DNA from: Candidatus Bathyarchaeota archaeon
Lineage (GTDB): Archaea; Thermoproteota; Bathyarchaeia; Bathyarchaeales; Bathycorpusculaceae
Direction of reading: 5' to 3'
Length of the DNA stretch: 64,000 nt
Assembly: GCA_963811105.1 (NCBI GenBank)
Contig: CAWEPZ010000009.1
Coordinates: 288,001 to 352,000 of the forward strand
Shown: positions 20,271 through 29,259 of the stretch, in pieces
Layout of the letters: every line of letters begins with the position of its first letter
Numbering within the stretch: the stretch's first letter is position 1
The notes under the pieces: model-generated
The model's input: only the letters and a program-made list of their open reading frames with translations
Told to the model about the DNA's origin: nothing
The model's database searches: none
Translations under genes and position numbers: made by a program

Positions 20271-21131
20271 TTGAGCAGCATGAACAAGCTTGGCGGCTTC
20301 ATCAGGTTAATACGACCAATCAACTGCTTAATGATGGGATTCGCTGTTCTTGTAGGAGCAATTCTAGCCAACCTCCAATTAGCCGGCTTAAACTGGCTTA
20401 ACATCCTATTCGGTTTCTTAACGGGCTTCACTTTTTGTGCTGCAGCGATGGTCATTAACGACTACTACGACAGATATATCGATGCCATTAACGAACCCTC
20501 TCGCCCTATTCCAAGCGGTTTAGTGAAAACCAATGAAGCCTTAATTTTCATGATTTTGCTTTCTGCTGTAGGTTTTGCTTTCGCCTTCTTGGTTAGCATT
20601 CTCTGTTTAGCTGTGGCAGCTGCTTCTCTTGCAATTACCGCAACTTATTTGACCGTGGGTAAGCGCAGCGGGTTGCCGGGGAACTTTCTGGTAAGTATAT
20701 GCGTAGCCATTCCCTTTATTTACGGCAGCCTAGTCGCCGTCAACTTTGTAAAGTTAAACATTCTGCTGTTTGCGACCATGGCTTTCTTATCCAACACCGG
20801 CAGAGAAATTACAAAAGGTATCGTAGACACAAAAGGAGATAGCGCCAAAGGCATCAAAACGCTTGCAGTACGATTCGGTGAAAAAAACGCGGCAATTGTG
20901 GCTGCGGTGTTTTATGTTTCGGCGGTGGCGTTGACACCTGTTACGTGGTTCTTGAATTTAGTGGGGGTAGGGTTTATTCCGTTTGTTTTAGTAACTGATG
21001 TGGGACTAATAGCTTGTTCAGTTATTCTACTCTTGGATCATTCACGGGAAAAGGCAAGAAAAATCAAGAATGTAGTTTTGCTGCTATTTTTGGTCGGGTT
21101 GTTAGCATATGTTTTTGGCAGTTTTAAATGA
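20271..21131 (+). CDS. UbiA-family prenyltransferase, probable digeranylgeranylglyceryl-phosphate synthase
   Basis: RP.N, NDYYD..ID..N.P.RPIPSG and REI.K..VD..GD...G..TL motifs. Confidence 0.9.
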   Translation: MSSMNKLGGFIRLIRPINCLMMGFAVLVGAILANLQLAGLNWLNILFGFLTGFTFCAAAMVINDYYDRYIDAINEPSRPIPSGLVKTNEALIFMILLSAVGFAFAFLVSILCLAVAAASLAITATYLTVGKRSGLPGNFLVSICVAIPFIYGSLVAVNFVKLNILLFATMAFLSNTGREITKGIVDTKGDSAKGIKTLAVRFGEKNAAIVAAVFYVSAVALTPVTWFLNLVGVGFIPFVLVTDVGLIACSVILLLDHSREKARKIKNVVLLLFLVGLLAYVFGSFK

Positions 21132-21231
21132 AAAACCGCAAAGTAGCCTCGTTATTTTTTACATATATATCTGCATGTTAGCAACAATTAAAAGCGCCTT
21201 TCGCTGAATCAACCTTCAAGAGGATGTTAAC

Positions 21232-21882
21232 ATGTCTGAACGATTTGCTAAAAAATGGGAAGCTAAAAGAGAAGAAGAATCATTTGGAAAAGCCATACAT
21301 GATACTATTCAGCCGCCACCACCACTAAAAATAGCCTTAGACCTTGCCTGCAGAAAACTTGATTTGCAAATTGGCAAGCTTGACCAAGCTAATGAACGCT
21401 TTACGCAAAAAGATAAGTCCCTTTTCGCTAAACTAGTGCAAGCATATACAAACCATGATTCATCACACGCAAACATTTATGCTATCGAACTAGCAGAAAT
21501 CCGCAAAATGACAAAACTAATTATGAACGCAAGACTCGCACTTGACCAAGTAGCTCTCCGCATAAAAACAGTTTCCGAGTTAGGAGATGTCGTTTCTGCA
21601 TTAGGACCATGCATTGGTGTACTGCGCAGCGTTAGCTGTGGACTTGGCGGAGTTTTACCTGAAGCAGAAAACGAACTAGGTGACATCGGAAATATGCTAA
21701 GCGGCTTAATGTTTGACGCAGGCACAAGCAGCGGAATGTCACTGAACTTCAACTCATGCAACGAAGATGCAGAAAGAATCCTAGCAGAAGCAGCAACTGT
21801 AGCTGAACAAAGAGTCAACTCCAATTTCCCTGACCTTCCACCAGGAATGTCAACAGGCACAGCTAATAAAACACAAACTTAA
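21232..21882 (+). CDS. Snf7/ESCRT-III (CdvB-like) protein
   Basis: Long helical hairpin, A.IYA.ELAEIRK, LDQV.LR..TV..LGD, and a C-terminal EA..VAEQ....FPDLP segment. Confidence 0.88.
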   Translation: MSERFAKKWEAKREEESFGKAIHDTIQPPPPLKIALDLACRKLDLQIGKLDQANERFTQKDKSLFAKLVQAYTNHDSSHANIYAIELAEIRKMTKLIMNARLALDQVALRIKTVSELGDVVSALGPCIGVLRSVSCGLGGVLPEAENELGDIGNMLSGLMFDAGTSSGMSLNFNSCNEDAERILAEAATVAEQRVNSNFPDLPPGMSTGTANKTQT

Positions 21883-22101
21883 GCAGAAAATACTTCTTTT
21901 TTAGCCCTCTGCCTTTCTTTTTTTTAGATTCAGAATCTTAGCTTGACAAAAATTGAGCATAGTTTACTCTATTTCGGATGGTTTGACCTTGCTCAAAAGA
22001 TTTTAGCTGTCATGCAATTGTATGTGCTTTCAGAAATGTCAACTTTGAATCTGCACAGTACAAAGATAAACAAGTCCCTTCAAAAAACGCCTATTAGTAC
22101 A

Positions 22102-22122
22102 TATTAGAACGAAATGTTCTAA
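22102..22122. promoter_or_regulatory. Palindromic operator-like site TTAGAAC-N5-GTTCTAA overlapping attL
   Basis: Perfect 7-bp inverted repeat; related copies at 29801-29828 and 30325-30349. Confidence 0.55.
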
Positions 22123-22133
22123 CAATTGGACTT
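22117..22133 (+). repeat. attL core TTCTAACAATTGGACTT
   Basis: Identical to 29823-29839. Confidence 0.85.
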
Positions 22134-22200
22134 TTTAGATGTTAAATTCCAAATTATTTATAAGCCCAGTTGAGAATACACTTTTGAGGATTGAGATAAC

Positions 22201-23412
22201 TTGACAAAGTTTGATGTAGTCGAAACTTGGATAAGCACAGTAGCTTTTTCTCACTCCAACAGCGAACGAACAAGCTTATGTTACCGCGAGAGTCTCAGGA
22301 AGTTTGAAGCCTACGCTGGAAAAACAGCCCAAGAAATCTATGTTGAGTATCAAAGCCCAAATGTTAGCGACAACAAATTCAAAATGTATTATGCGCAAGC
22401 TTTGAAAGGAATGATCGGGGACCTCCACAAAAGAGGGTACTCTGCTTCTTCTGTTTCAACTGCTGTTAACGCTGTGAAGTCCTTCTTCAAATATTCTGAC
22501 CTGCCTTTAGGCTTCATTCCTTCTGGTAATTCTATGATTGAGTTTCACAACAAAGACATCGAGAGAACTGATATTCTTGAGGTCCTGAAGACTTCTGGTC
22601 CACGAGAGAAGGCTTTCTTCACTTTGATGGCGCAATCAGGCTTGAGACCTATCACGCTTTGCGCCTTGAAACTCAAAGACGTAGAGAAGATCTTAGATGA
22701 GGACACGCCGATTCCTTGTTTAATCAAGGTGAAAATGGAGAACACTAAGGGCAAATTCTCTGAGTATTTTAGTTTTTGCGGAGAAGACTCTGTTGCGTAC
22801 TTGAAGGATTACTTGAAGACTAGGTCGAATTTGAACCCAGAATCTTACTTATTCTCTATGCAAGGCTTAGAGACTCAGCTTAACCCGGGTGTTGAAAGCC
22901 ACGTTTTCGACAAAACTGCTAAGAAGCTGAGGAACAGCGGAGTCCTTGACTACAAAACAGAAACGAAAGAGTTGAAGCAAGAGGTCCTGAGGAAAAGCGG
23001 AACCTACACACGCAACCTTCTCACGAGATCCGAGTTTCGACTGTACAATTTGCGGAAGTTCTTCAGGAAATATGCGAATCAAGCTGGAGGCGAATACGTC
23101 AACTTCTGGATGGGACACCTGTCAGCTTTGGGAGTGGACCTTCACTACTTCAGTCAAGACGTTGAGCAACACCGCGAGATTTACCGAGAGAAAGCTATGT
23201 CTTTCTTGCGCTTAGAGACACAGACACCGAGCGAGAACGAGAAACAGATCAAAGAGTTGAGAGAAGAGAATCTTGAGTTGAAAGCTGAAATAGCTGAGTT
23301 AGCGAAGGCACAAGAGAATTATGTGTATTTGGAACAGAAGTTTCTGAACCTCGAGAAACTGTTTGAGAAATTTGAAGCCTCCAAAGGCAAAGCTGTAACA
23401 GAGAAATCTTAA
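22201..23412 (+). CDS. Tyrosine recombinase/integrase with C-terminal coiled coil
   Basis: SGLR (R), TKGK (K), YNLRKFF (HxxR-like), WMGH and HY catalytic motifs; N-terminal core-binding domain. Confidence 0.92.
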   Translation: MTKFDVVETWISTVAFSHSNSERTSLCYRESLRKFEAYAGKTAQEIYVEYQSPNVSDNKFKMYYAQALKGMIGDLHKRGYSASSVSTAVNAVKSFFKYSDLPLGFIPSGNSMIEFHNKDIERTDILEVLKTSGPREKAFFTLMAQSGLRPITLCALKLKDVEKILDEDTPIPCLIKVKMENTKGKFSEYFSFCGEDSVAYLKDYLKTRSNLNPESYLFSMQGLETQLNPGVESHVFDKTAKKLRNSGVLDYKTETKELKQEVLRKSGTYTRNLLTRSEFRLYNLRKFFRKYANQAGGEYVNFWMGHLSALGVDLHYFSQDVEQHREIYREKAMSFLRLETQTPSENEKQIKELREENLELKAEIAELAKAQENYVYLEQKFLNLEKLFEKFEASKGKAVTEKS

Positions 23413-23449
23413 GAATCAATGTTCTCCAATGGTTTCCATCTGTTGAAAT

Positions 23450-23472
23450 AAGCTCATCTTGAGCTTCTTTTT
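23450..23472 (+). terminator. Hairpin plus T-tract after the integrase gene
   Basis: AAGCTCA-TCT-TGAGCTT followed by CTTTTT. Confidence 0.5.
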
Positions 23473-23521
23473 ATTATTGCTGGCTAAATAAGGCTTATAA
23501 GTTACTTAGTAACCCAATAAC

Positions 23522-24055
23522 TTGAGGATTGAGTTAGAATTGAAAATATTGAAGTCTAAAAAGAAAATAAGCCTTATCGCTCTGTCCTTAGTTTCTTTGA
23601 TGTTAGTGTCTGGGGCGATGGGCGCAGTTCTGTTCTCCCGTCAAGTCGGGTCAACAATCAACGTGGTCTACAGTCGAGACCTCCAAATGTTCAGCAACAC
23701 CGCTTGCACTACAACTTTGACAAGTTTTAGCTACGGAGATGTAGCACCGAACACTGTCAAAGTTTATGGTTCAACAGATCCGAGTATCTATGGAAAGAAT
23801 CCTACTACTGCTCAAGGCGCAATTAATGTGACTTGGCACGTAACTGGTCTTCCAAGTTGGTTAACTTTGACTTTGAAAGGTGGCGGAGGATCTTTTGGTG
23901 TGGCTCTGCAAAATTGGGACCTTGGAACTGAAGGATGTGTGTTGGCTGTTGGCGACAAGTTTTATTGTGAAGTCACTTTGACTGTTGCTTCAAATGCTCC
24001 TGAAGGTTCCGCTTTGAACGCTGGAACCTTAGTGTTTGACTGTACTCAAGCTTAG
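23522..24055 (+). CDS. Secreted beta-sandwich protein (possibly a TasA/fibre-subunit-like protein)
   Basis: Basic plus hydrophobic signal ending GAMGA; beta-rich mature part with Cys residues; own TATA box (23495) and T-tract terminator. Confidence 0.75.
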   Translation: MRIELELKILKSKKKISLIALSLVSLMLVSGAMGAVLFSRQVGSTINVVYSRDLQMFSNTACTTTLTSFSYGDVAPNTVKVYGSTDPSIYGKNPTTAQGAINVTWHVTGLPSWLTLTLKGGGGSFGVALQNWDLGTEGCVLAVGDKFYCEVTLTVASNAPEGSALNAGTLVFDCTQA

Positions 24056-24134
24056 GAGTCAGTCCCTCTCTCTTTTTTTTGGTGGTTGAAAGGTTCAGTG
24101 GAAACTTTGAGGTTGTCTCTGTGGAGTGGTTGAT

Positions 24135-24275
24135 GTGAAAAGAAAATGTGAAGTTGCTGAAGTTGAAGCTTTAGATGTTGAGTGTCTTGAGGAACTTGAG
24201 TGGGAGAGACGTTGGGAACAGCGTAGAAGGTTGGAACGGAAACTTGACTTTGAGAGGATGATCAGCTTTGGCTAA
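24135..24275 (+). CDS. 46-aa charged peptide (not in ORF track)
   Basis: GTG start after GGAGTGG; MKRKCEVAEVEALDVECLEELEWERRWEQRRRLERKLDFERMISFG; overlaps the next ORF. Confidence 0.55.
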   Translation: MKRKCEVAEVEALDVECLEELEWERRWEQRRRLERKLDFERMISFG

Positions 24276-24429
24276 GTCAGCTAAATGGGTTGGTTTAGGC
24301 TTAGGAAGACGCTGTAGAATCCGCATGCGCTGTCAAGAGTGCGATGTGACCTTTTGGAAGTGGCTGACTCTTCAAACTCTTGAGGTTCATTGTCCAAATT
24401 GCCGAAGTGACTGTGTTGAAGGTCTGTAG
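24268..24429 (+). CDS. 53-aa zinc-ribbon protein (not in ORF track)
   Basis: MAKSAKWVGLGLGRRCRIRMRCQECDVTFW...HCPNCRSDCVEGL; CxxC...CxxC; followed by a T-tract. Confidence 0.7.
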   Translation: MAKSAKWVGLGLGRRCRIRMRCQECDVTFWKWLTLQTLEVHCPNCRSDCVEGL

Positions 24430-24472
24430 GCAGACCCTTTTTTCTTTGGTCTCTTAACCCTGCTTTTTTTGC

Positions 24473-24787
24473 TTAACTTTCTGTTGAGTCACAGGAGTCA
24501 CAGTAGCGGTCTTCAAAGTCCACTCTGCAACGGACCTCGTTCAATCTCGGAATCACTGGTGGAACACTCCAGCCTAACAGATGTCTTCCACGTTGAGGAA
24601 GCTCGTAGGCTTTGTACCTGCTGATTGAAGCGTAAACTTCTCCTTTGACTCCATGGGGAAGAATTGATCCGCACACTCGACATTTTAAGCCTTCAGTCTT
24701 CATTGGAATCATGTGAAAAATGGTTCTCTTAGTCGCTGTCGGAAAACTGATTCCTTTCTTGGATATTACTGCTTTAGCCCAAACCAT
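24473..24787 (-). CDS. Element hypothetical protein with CxxC...CxxC
   Basis: CRVCG and YCDSC; GAGGA upstream. Confidence 0.7.
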   Translation of the reverse strand: MVWAKAVISKKGISFPTATKRTIFHMIPMKTEGLKCRVCGSILPHGVKGEVYASISRYKAYELPQRGRHLLGWSVPPVIPRLNEVRCRVDFEDRYCDSCDSTES

Positions 24788-25040
24788 AGTTCAGAGTCCT
24801 CTTTCAAAGGTTTCAAGTTTCTGTGCTGGAACATAAGAATTTTTGGTTTAACATTGAAGGTTGAGACCACTACATCCAATTGGATCTAACTGGGAAGATG
24901 TTTGGAAGTGAAGGCTTAACCAGCCGAATAGAAGAAAGGAGACGAGTTTCCTAGGGAACTGTTCTCTGATGGAAGGCAGAGGACAACTCCTTTATTTGCC
25001 CAGTGAATTCGCCTTAGCTGGGTGGAATGTGACTGTTCTT

Positions 25041-25616
25041 CTACTCGGTTTCTGGAGCCTTCAACTTCCAAGTGATCTTCAAAGCAGGCTGGTAGCCTCT
25101 TATCAGCTTAGTCGGGTCCAACAGGGGAATTATGCTTTCGTACTGGATCTTGTTTTCTCGCTTCAGCCTTTCTGCTTCGGATTGTGCTAGTTTGCAGAAG
25201 TGTTCTGGTGCTATGGCGACTTTGGCGACTCTGGTGTCAAACACTGTTTTGAAGGGCAGATTCTCTAAAACTCTGCTCTCGTAGCTTTGTGGAAATCCTA
25301 GTCTGATTTGGTGTTCTGTGGATCCTAAAGTTCTTGCATTTGCCACTGCTTGCTCGTAAGCTAACTTTGCCTTCGGCAATTCCACAGCTAGGTACTTCTC
25401 GTTAACTGTTTTTTGGTGACTGTGCTCTATGGAATCTTTCTGGTTAACCCACACGTCAGCGTATCCTGCTGAAGCTTCAATGTAGCCTTCTCGCTCGACT
25501 AGGTTGGCTCCCCAGTTTTGTCTGTAACCTAAAATGATTTCCCAAGAGAAGCCTTCAGTTACACCAGCATACTCCAGAACACTCTTCTTTTGAATCTTAG
25601 GTTTCTTCGTTGGCAA
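25041..25616 (-). CDS. Element hypothetical protein
   Basis: 191-aa ORF, 4 nt from the upstream gene in the minus-strand operon. Confidence 0.75.
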   Translation of the reverse strand: MPTKKPKIQKKSVLEYAGVTEGFSWEIILGYRQNWGANLVEREGYIEASAGYADVWVNQKDSIEHSHQKTVNEKYLAVELPKAKLAYEQAVANARTLGSTEHQIRLGFPQSYESRVLENLPFKTVFDTRVAKVAIAPEHFCKLAQSEAERLKRENKIQYESIIPLLDPTKLIRGYQPALKITWKLKAPETE

Positions 25617-25620
25617 CGCT

Positions 25621-26079
25621 TCAAGCCTTCAGGTCTTCAAGTTTCACAGTTAACGATTTCTCGCACTCTTTCAGGTAATGTATGAACTCGCTTAACACAG
25701 GAGAAATGGATTCACTGATTACGGAAGGTGTGACGCCTAAGACTACGCCTTCAAAGAACTCTTTCTTCTTCTCGGTTTCAGTCCTTGACTTCAAGATGCC
25801 GTTTTGGTTTGGATGTCCCTTCAAACTCCAAATAGCCTCGTTCAGTTGACATTCACCGTTCACTAACAACATTTCAAGCGCTAATGAGTCACGTACCGCT
25901 TTATGCATGATACCAGCCATGTTGTAGAGTTGATGTAGCATAACTGTCGCTGGCAAATAGTCTCCTTTAGACTTGAAATCTTCATGAGAAAGCTCTTTCT
26001 CAAGAAATTGACACTCTGTATCTAGACTGCAACCAAACTGTAACTCTAAAGTCTTCAATTTCGCATGGATAGGCAACAT
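25621..26079 (-). CDS. Element hypothetical protein (helical)
   Basis: 152-aa ORF with GAGGA upstream. Confidence 0.7.
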   Translation of the reverse strand: MLPIHAKLKTLELQFGCSLDTECQFLEKELSHEDFKSKGDYLPATVMLHQLYNMAGIMHKAVRDSLALEMLLVNGECQLNEAIWSLKGHPNQNGILKSRTETEKKKEFFEGVVLGVTPSVISESISPVLSEFIHYLKECEKSLTVKLEDLKA

Positions 26080-26151
26080 ACTAATTCTATGTCCTCAGTA
26101 ATGGGCAAACCTGAGTTTTTCAACAGGCCGACACTTCAACACTCCACCCAG

Positions 26152-26220
26152 TTGTGCAACATTGCACAAGTGGATGAATCGACCTTTGTGCAACATTGCA
26201 CAAACGTGGATAAATCAACA
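26152..26220. repeat. Tandem ~35-bp repeat, each unit containing the palindrome TTGTGCAA-CA-TTGCACAA
   Basis: Identical 18-mers at 26152-26169 and 26186-26203, each followed by GTGGATRAATCRAC. Confidence 0.85.
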
Positions 26221-26517
26221 TTTTCTGGAAAGAATCTTCCTCAACTTCTCAGGCTTAAACATCTTATGAAGAGATCTCTGGTGTAGCTGTAGAATTTCTT
26301 GGTCCCTCTTCAAGTCCTCCTCAAGCTCAAGACGCTTCAAGTACAGGACCCTGTTCTCTACTGGAACTCCTTTGAGTAACTCGAGTTCTGCTCTGTGTTT
26401 TCGCTTCAAATACTGGAGATGTTGCCTCTTCTGTTCCTTGGACCTCACAGGTTTTCCTGCAACACTGAAGGAATCTGCATGGACACTTACTTCTCGGTCA
26501 ATGGAGTTTTCGATCAT
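26215..26517 (-). CDS. Element hypothetical basic/coiled-coil protein
   Basis: 100-aa ORF, 4 nt downstream of the previous gene. Confidence 0.65.
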   Translation of the reverse strand: MIENSIDREVSVHADSFSVAGKPVRSKEQKRQHLQYLKRKHRAELELLKGVPVENRVLYLKRLELEEDLKRDQEILQLHQRSLHKMFKPEKLRKILSRKC

Positions 26518-26521
26518 TGAC

Positions 26522-27112
26522 TCATTTCCCCCTGTCTACAGAAGCTTTCTGAGTGCTAATTTGGCACATTTGAGTGTCAACTGGGACATTTCGTTTTCTT
26601 TGTCGAAAATAAGCTACTCTATGCTTCAAAGAACAGAACCTTGCCTTGTTGCTTTTAGCTTGAAAACGAGTTTTGCAGAATAAGCAAACCTTGTTTCTTC
26701 TCTGCTTCACATGCTCTCTACGTCTAATTATTCCAGCGTCAACACTGCAACGGTAAGAACAGTACAGTCGCCTTCTACTTTTAGAATAGAACAGGTTACC
26801 GCAAACAGAACAGTTTTTCTTAAAGTTTAAAGATTCATAACCCCAAAATTCGAGATTTTTTTCATAATCCTCGGGGTTTGCCGAATTTTGTACTATCCTA
26901 AGTTGCGGGTAACGTTCGCCTAAGGTTGGAAACGATTTTAGGCTATGTTCAATTGATCCTAACCTAACAGCGTTACAGTAGTCTATGCGTAGGCAAGTAT
27001 CTTTTTTCTTGAATTGTTCCTCTTCCCATGCGTCAAGCCAACTTAAGTCAGGTAACGATTTAATGCTTGTATCAATTGAGACAAGCTTGGAATCGTTACT
27101 CATGAAGAACAC
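26522..27112 (-). CDS. Protein with two C-terminal treble-clef-like zinc fingers (putative DNA binding)
   Basis: CSVCG..F.......YCSYRC and CLFC...F.......FCSLKH followed by basic helices. Confidence 0.75.
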   Translation of the reverse strand: MFFMSNDSKLVSIDTSIKSLPDLSWLDAWEEEQFKKKDTCLRIDYCNAVRLGSIEHSLKSFPTLGERYPQLRIVQNSANPEDYEKNLEFWGYESLNFKKNCSVCGNLFYSKSRRRLYCSYRCSVDAGIIRRREHVKQRRNKVCLFCKTRFQAKSNKARFCSLKHRVAYFRQRKRNVPVDTQMCQISTQKASVDRGK

Positions 27113-28836
27113 CTGTCTACTGTAGGTTTCTGAGTGTCTGTTCGGTCCTTTTCTATGTCAACTGGAAGCTTAAGCTTGAAGCATGTGAGGAAACCAGCCC
27201 ATTTGTCTGAAGACACAGACATAAAATTGTCACCGATATAACCGCAACTTGCCAAATGAAAATCTCGACAGTTACCACACACTCTGTCTTCACTGTCAGA
27301 AGACGGAACCTTTGGAACCTGTGTTGTACCACTAAACCCAAGTGAGGCTGAAGCTTTCTTTGTTTCACTAACTACAAGTGGGGCTCCTGCCCCCTCACCT
27401 TCCTTCTCCTTTATACCCCCCTTTTCCCCTATTCCCTCTCCACTTGTGTTTAGTGAAACAAACATATTATGGTCACTACGACCGTTCAACGGTCCAAAAG
27501 GCAATATCAGAATTCTTAAAGTGGGATCCAGCAAAGTCCAGCCGTCTTTCTCTGGAACATGTTTAGAACCAATGACGGTGCCAGAGTAACCGTAGTGGTC
27601 TACTTCAATTTTCTCGTGTTTGACTACATTCAAGTATTCCAGTTCTTTGAGTTCTCGCCAACAGGTTGACAGGGGAATTTCTGTGGCTTCAGCAATTTCT
27701 CTTGTAGTGTACTGTTGATCATCTTTTTTCAATGCTTCTAAGATTTTGATTCTGTGAGGGTACACTGTGTCTTTTGCTACTCGCTGGACCGTTTTGAGTT
27801 CTTCTTCAGAAACAACAGTTTTTCCTCTTACCAAAGCGAGACAGATAGCTAACTTCAACAGTTGTTTGCTGAGTCGAGTCGGGTACTCTATGCTCGGCGT
27901 TAAGGAATTGTTGATTTCATATCGATAAAAATTGATTGAGACAGGTGTTCTCAAAGTAGCAGTTGCATTTGCAAGCTTCAAGATAACAGATAAAACTTCA
28001 GGTGAGACCGCTTCAATTTTCTTTGGTTCTTTATGGAAGTTGTCAAGTAGACGCCAAGTTATTTCCTGTAGTTCCTTACGCATTTCCTCTTCTTTGCCTA
28101 GGTTCGATAAGGCTTTCTCTGTTGCGAGTTTACGATCGGGATTATGTCTTATCTTCAGGAATCTCTCGCCTAGAGTGCCTTGTAGTTTTCCGTAGTGGTC
28201 AACTGCCGGGGTCACAGCCGCTATTAATCCAAAGTTGGCGTGAACTCTAACAGGTGTACCAGTTGTTCCGTAACCATACTCTAAGTAGCCATCGTAGCCA
28301 GCGCGTAGTTGACTGAAGATTTCATCTCGCTCTTCACTTCTTTTCCCAAGAATCAAAGTGAAGTCTTTGATGATCAAAACTTTGCCGTCGAGTTGTGGCA
28401 AAATTCCTTGCACAGGAACCATGTTGCCTTCTTCGTCTGGTTCAAGTTTGCCGCTGATCAAAGTGTGCGCAGTCAAAGAATCCAAAGTGTAAGCCATATC
28501 TGAAGTGTTTGCCCTTACGATCTCTGTTTTGGTTCCTCCGCTTGCACTTATTAACATAAGCCAAAGTGGATCGCCAGGTACGAGTCTGTCAATTGAACAC
28601 GCCATAATAACATCGATTACTTCGTGGTCGCTGTCGAGGTAAAGCCACTTCTGAAAGACTTCTTTGACTTCTTGAAGAGTTGCAGGAATAGGTGTTTTCT
28701 TTATTACTTCTAACATTTTTTTGCCTTCACCCCTACATTTGGGACATAGAAGATTGCCTGTAGCAGTGACTCTGGTTACTTCAGGGCTAACGATTCCGCA
28801 GGATACACATTGTTCCCACTTCGGTTTTTCCGTCAT
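27100..28836 (-). CDS. MCM-like AAA+ ATPase/helicase with N-terminal Zn finger and C-terminal winged helix
   Basis: Walker A SASGGTKT, Walker B-like VLIIKDF, LR..YDG, IAAVTP, Arg-finger GERF, sensor-2-like PTRLSKQLLKLA; HTH TTREIAEATEIPLSTCWREL. Confidence 0.8.
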   Translation of the reverse strand: MTEKPKWEQCVSCGIVSPEVTRVTATGNLLCPKCRGEGKKMLEVIKKTPIPATLQEVKEVFQKWLYLDSDHEVIDVIMACSIDRLVPGDPLWLMLISASGGTKTEIVRANTSDMAYTLDSLTAHTLISGKLEPDEEGNMVPVQGILPQLDGKVLIIKDFTLILGKRSEERDEIFSQLRAGYDGYLEYGYGTTGTPVRVHANFGLIAAVTPAVDHYGKLQGTLGERFLKIRHNPDRKLATEKALSNLGKEEEMRKELQEITWRLLDNFHKEPKKIEAVSPEVLSVILKLANATATLRTPVSINFYRYEINNSLTPSIEYPTRLSKQLLKLAICLALVRGKTVVSEEELKTVQRVAKDTVYPHRIKILEALKKDDQQYTTREIAEATEIPLSTCWRELKELEYLNVVKHEKIEVDHYGYSGTVIGSKHVPEKDGWTLLDPTLRILILPFGPLNGRSDHNMFVSLNTSGEGIGEKGGIKEKEGEGAGAPLVVSETKKASASLGFSGTTQVPKVPSSDSEDRVCGNCRDFHLASCGYIGDNFMSVSSDKWAGFLTCFKLKLPVDIEKDRTDTQKPTVDRCSS

Positions 28837-28952
28837 TGGTACAACTCCTCACCACAGCACCAGCATTGAGTTCTGTACTTAGAGTTCATTTTGCCACACT
28901 TCCAACATTGCACTGTGTTGGCGGTGACTACTCTTTCTTCAAGAACACTCAT
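28833..28952 (-). CDS. 39-aa zinc-ribbon peptide (not in ORF track)
   Basis: MSVLEERVVTANTVQCWKCGKMNSKYRTQCWCCGEELYQ; ATGA overlaps with both neighbours. Confidence 0.75.
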   Translation of the reverse strand: MSVLEERVVTANTVQCWKCGKMNSKYRTQCWCCGEELYQ

Positions 28953-29176
28953 TCCGTAGCCTCCTCCTCGAGTGGGTCCTTGCTTAATGGAATAATGAAT
29001 TTCCAGAAAGTGTGAAATTTGTCGCCTTCAGAAGGCAACATTTCGCCTCTCATCGCTATGAGGAAGGTTCCCTCGATTGTTTTGAAAAAAATTTCTAAGG
29101 CTTCTTGTTTTCCTGTTCCTTTAACAGTGATTGTTGACGCTTCTCTTGGTGGACGATTCTTGTTCATTGTTTTCAC
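28949..29176 (-). CDS. Element hypothetical protein
   Basis: 75-aa ORF translationally coupled to the next gene. Confidence 0.65.
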   Translation of the reverse strand: MKTMNKNRPPREASTITVKGTGKQEALEIFFKTIEGTFLIAMRGEMLPSEGDKFHTFWKFIIPLSKDPLEEEATE

Positions 29177-29201
29177 TCTTCATGTGTTTTCACCTTACCC
29201 A

Positions 29202-29229
29202 AGTTCCAGTTTCCAGTTTCCAAGTTCCA
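29202..29229. repeat. Four tandem 7-mers (AGTTCCA/GTTTCCA)
   Basis: AGTTCCA GTTTCCA GTTTCCA AGTTCCA. Confidence 0.7.
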
Positions 29230-29259
29230 GATTTTTTCCGTTTCAACCTTAAGAACGGA

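Noticed and set aside
21926-22052. Nested inverted repeats left of attL (TGACA/TTGAGCA arms)
   Set aside because: The arms are short and interrupted in AT-rich DNA, so chance is plausible.
26152-26220. Mini CRISPR array
   Set aside because: Only two units, and the intervening sequences resemble each other rather than being unique spacers; no cas operon is present.
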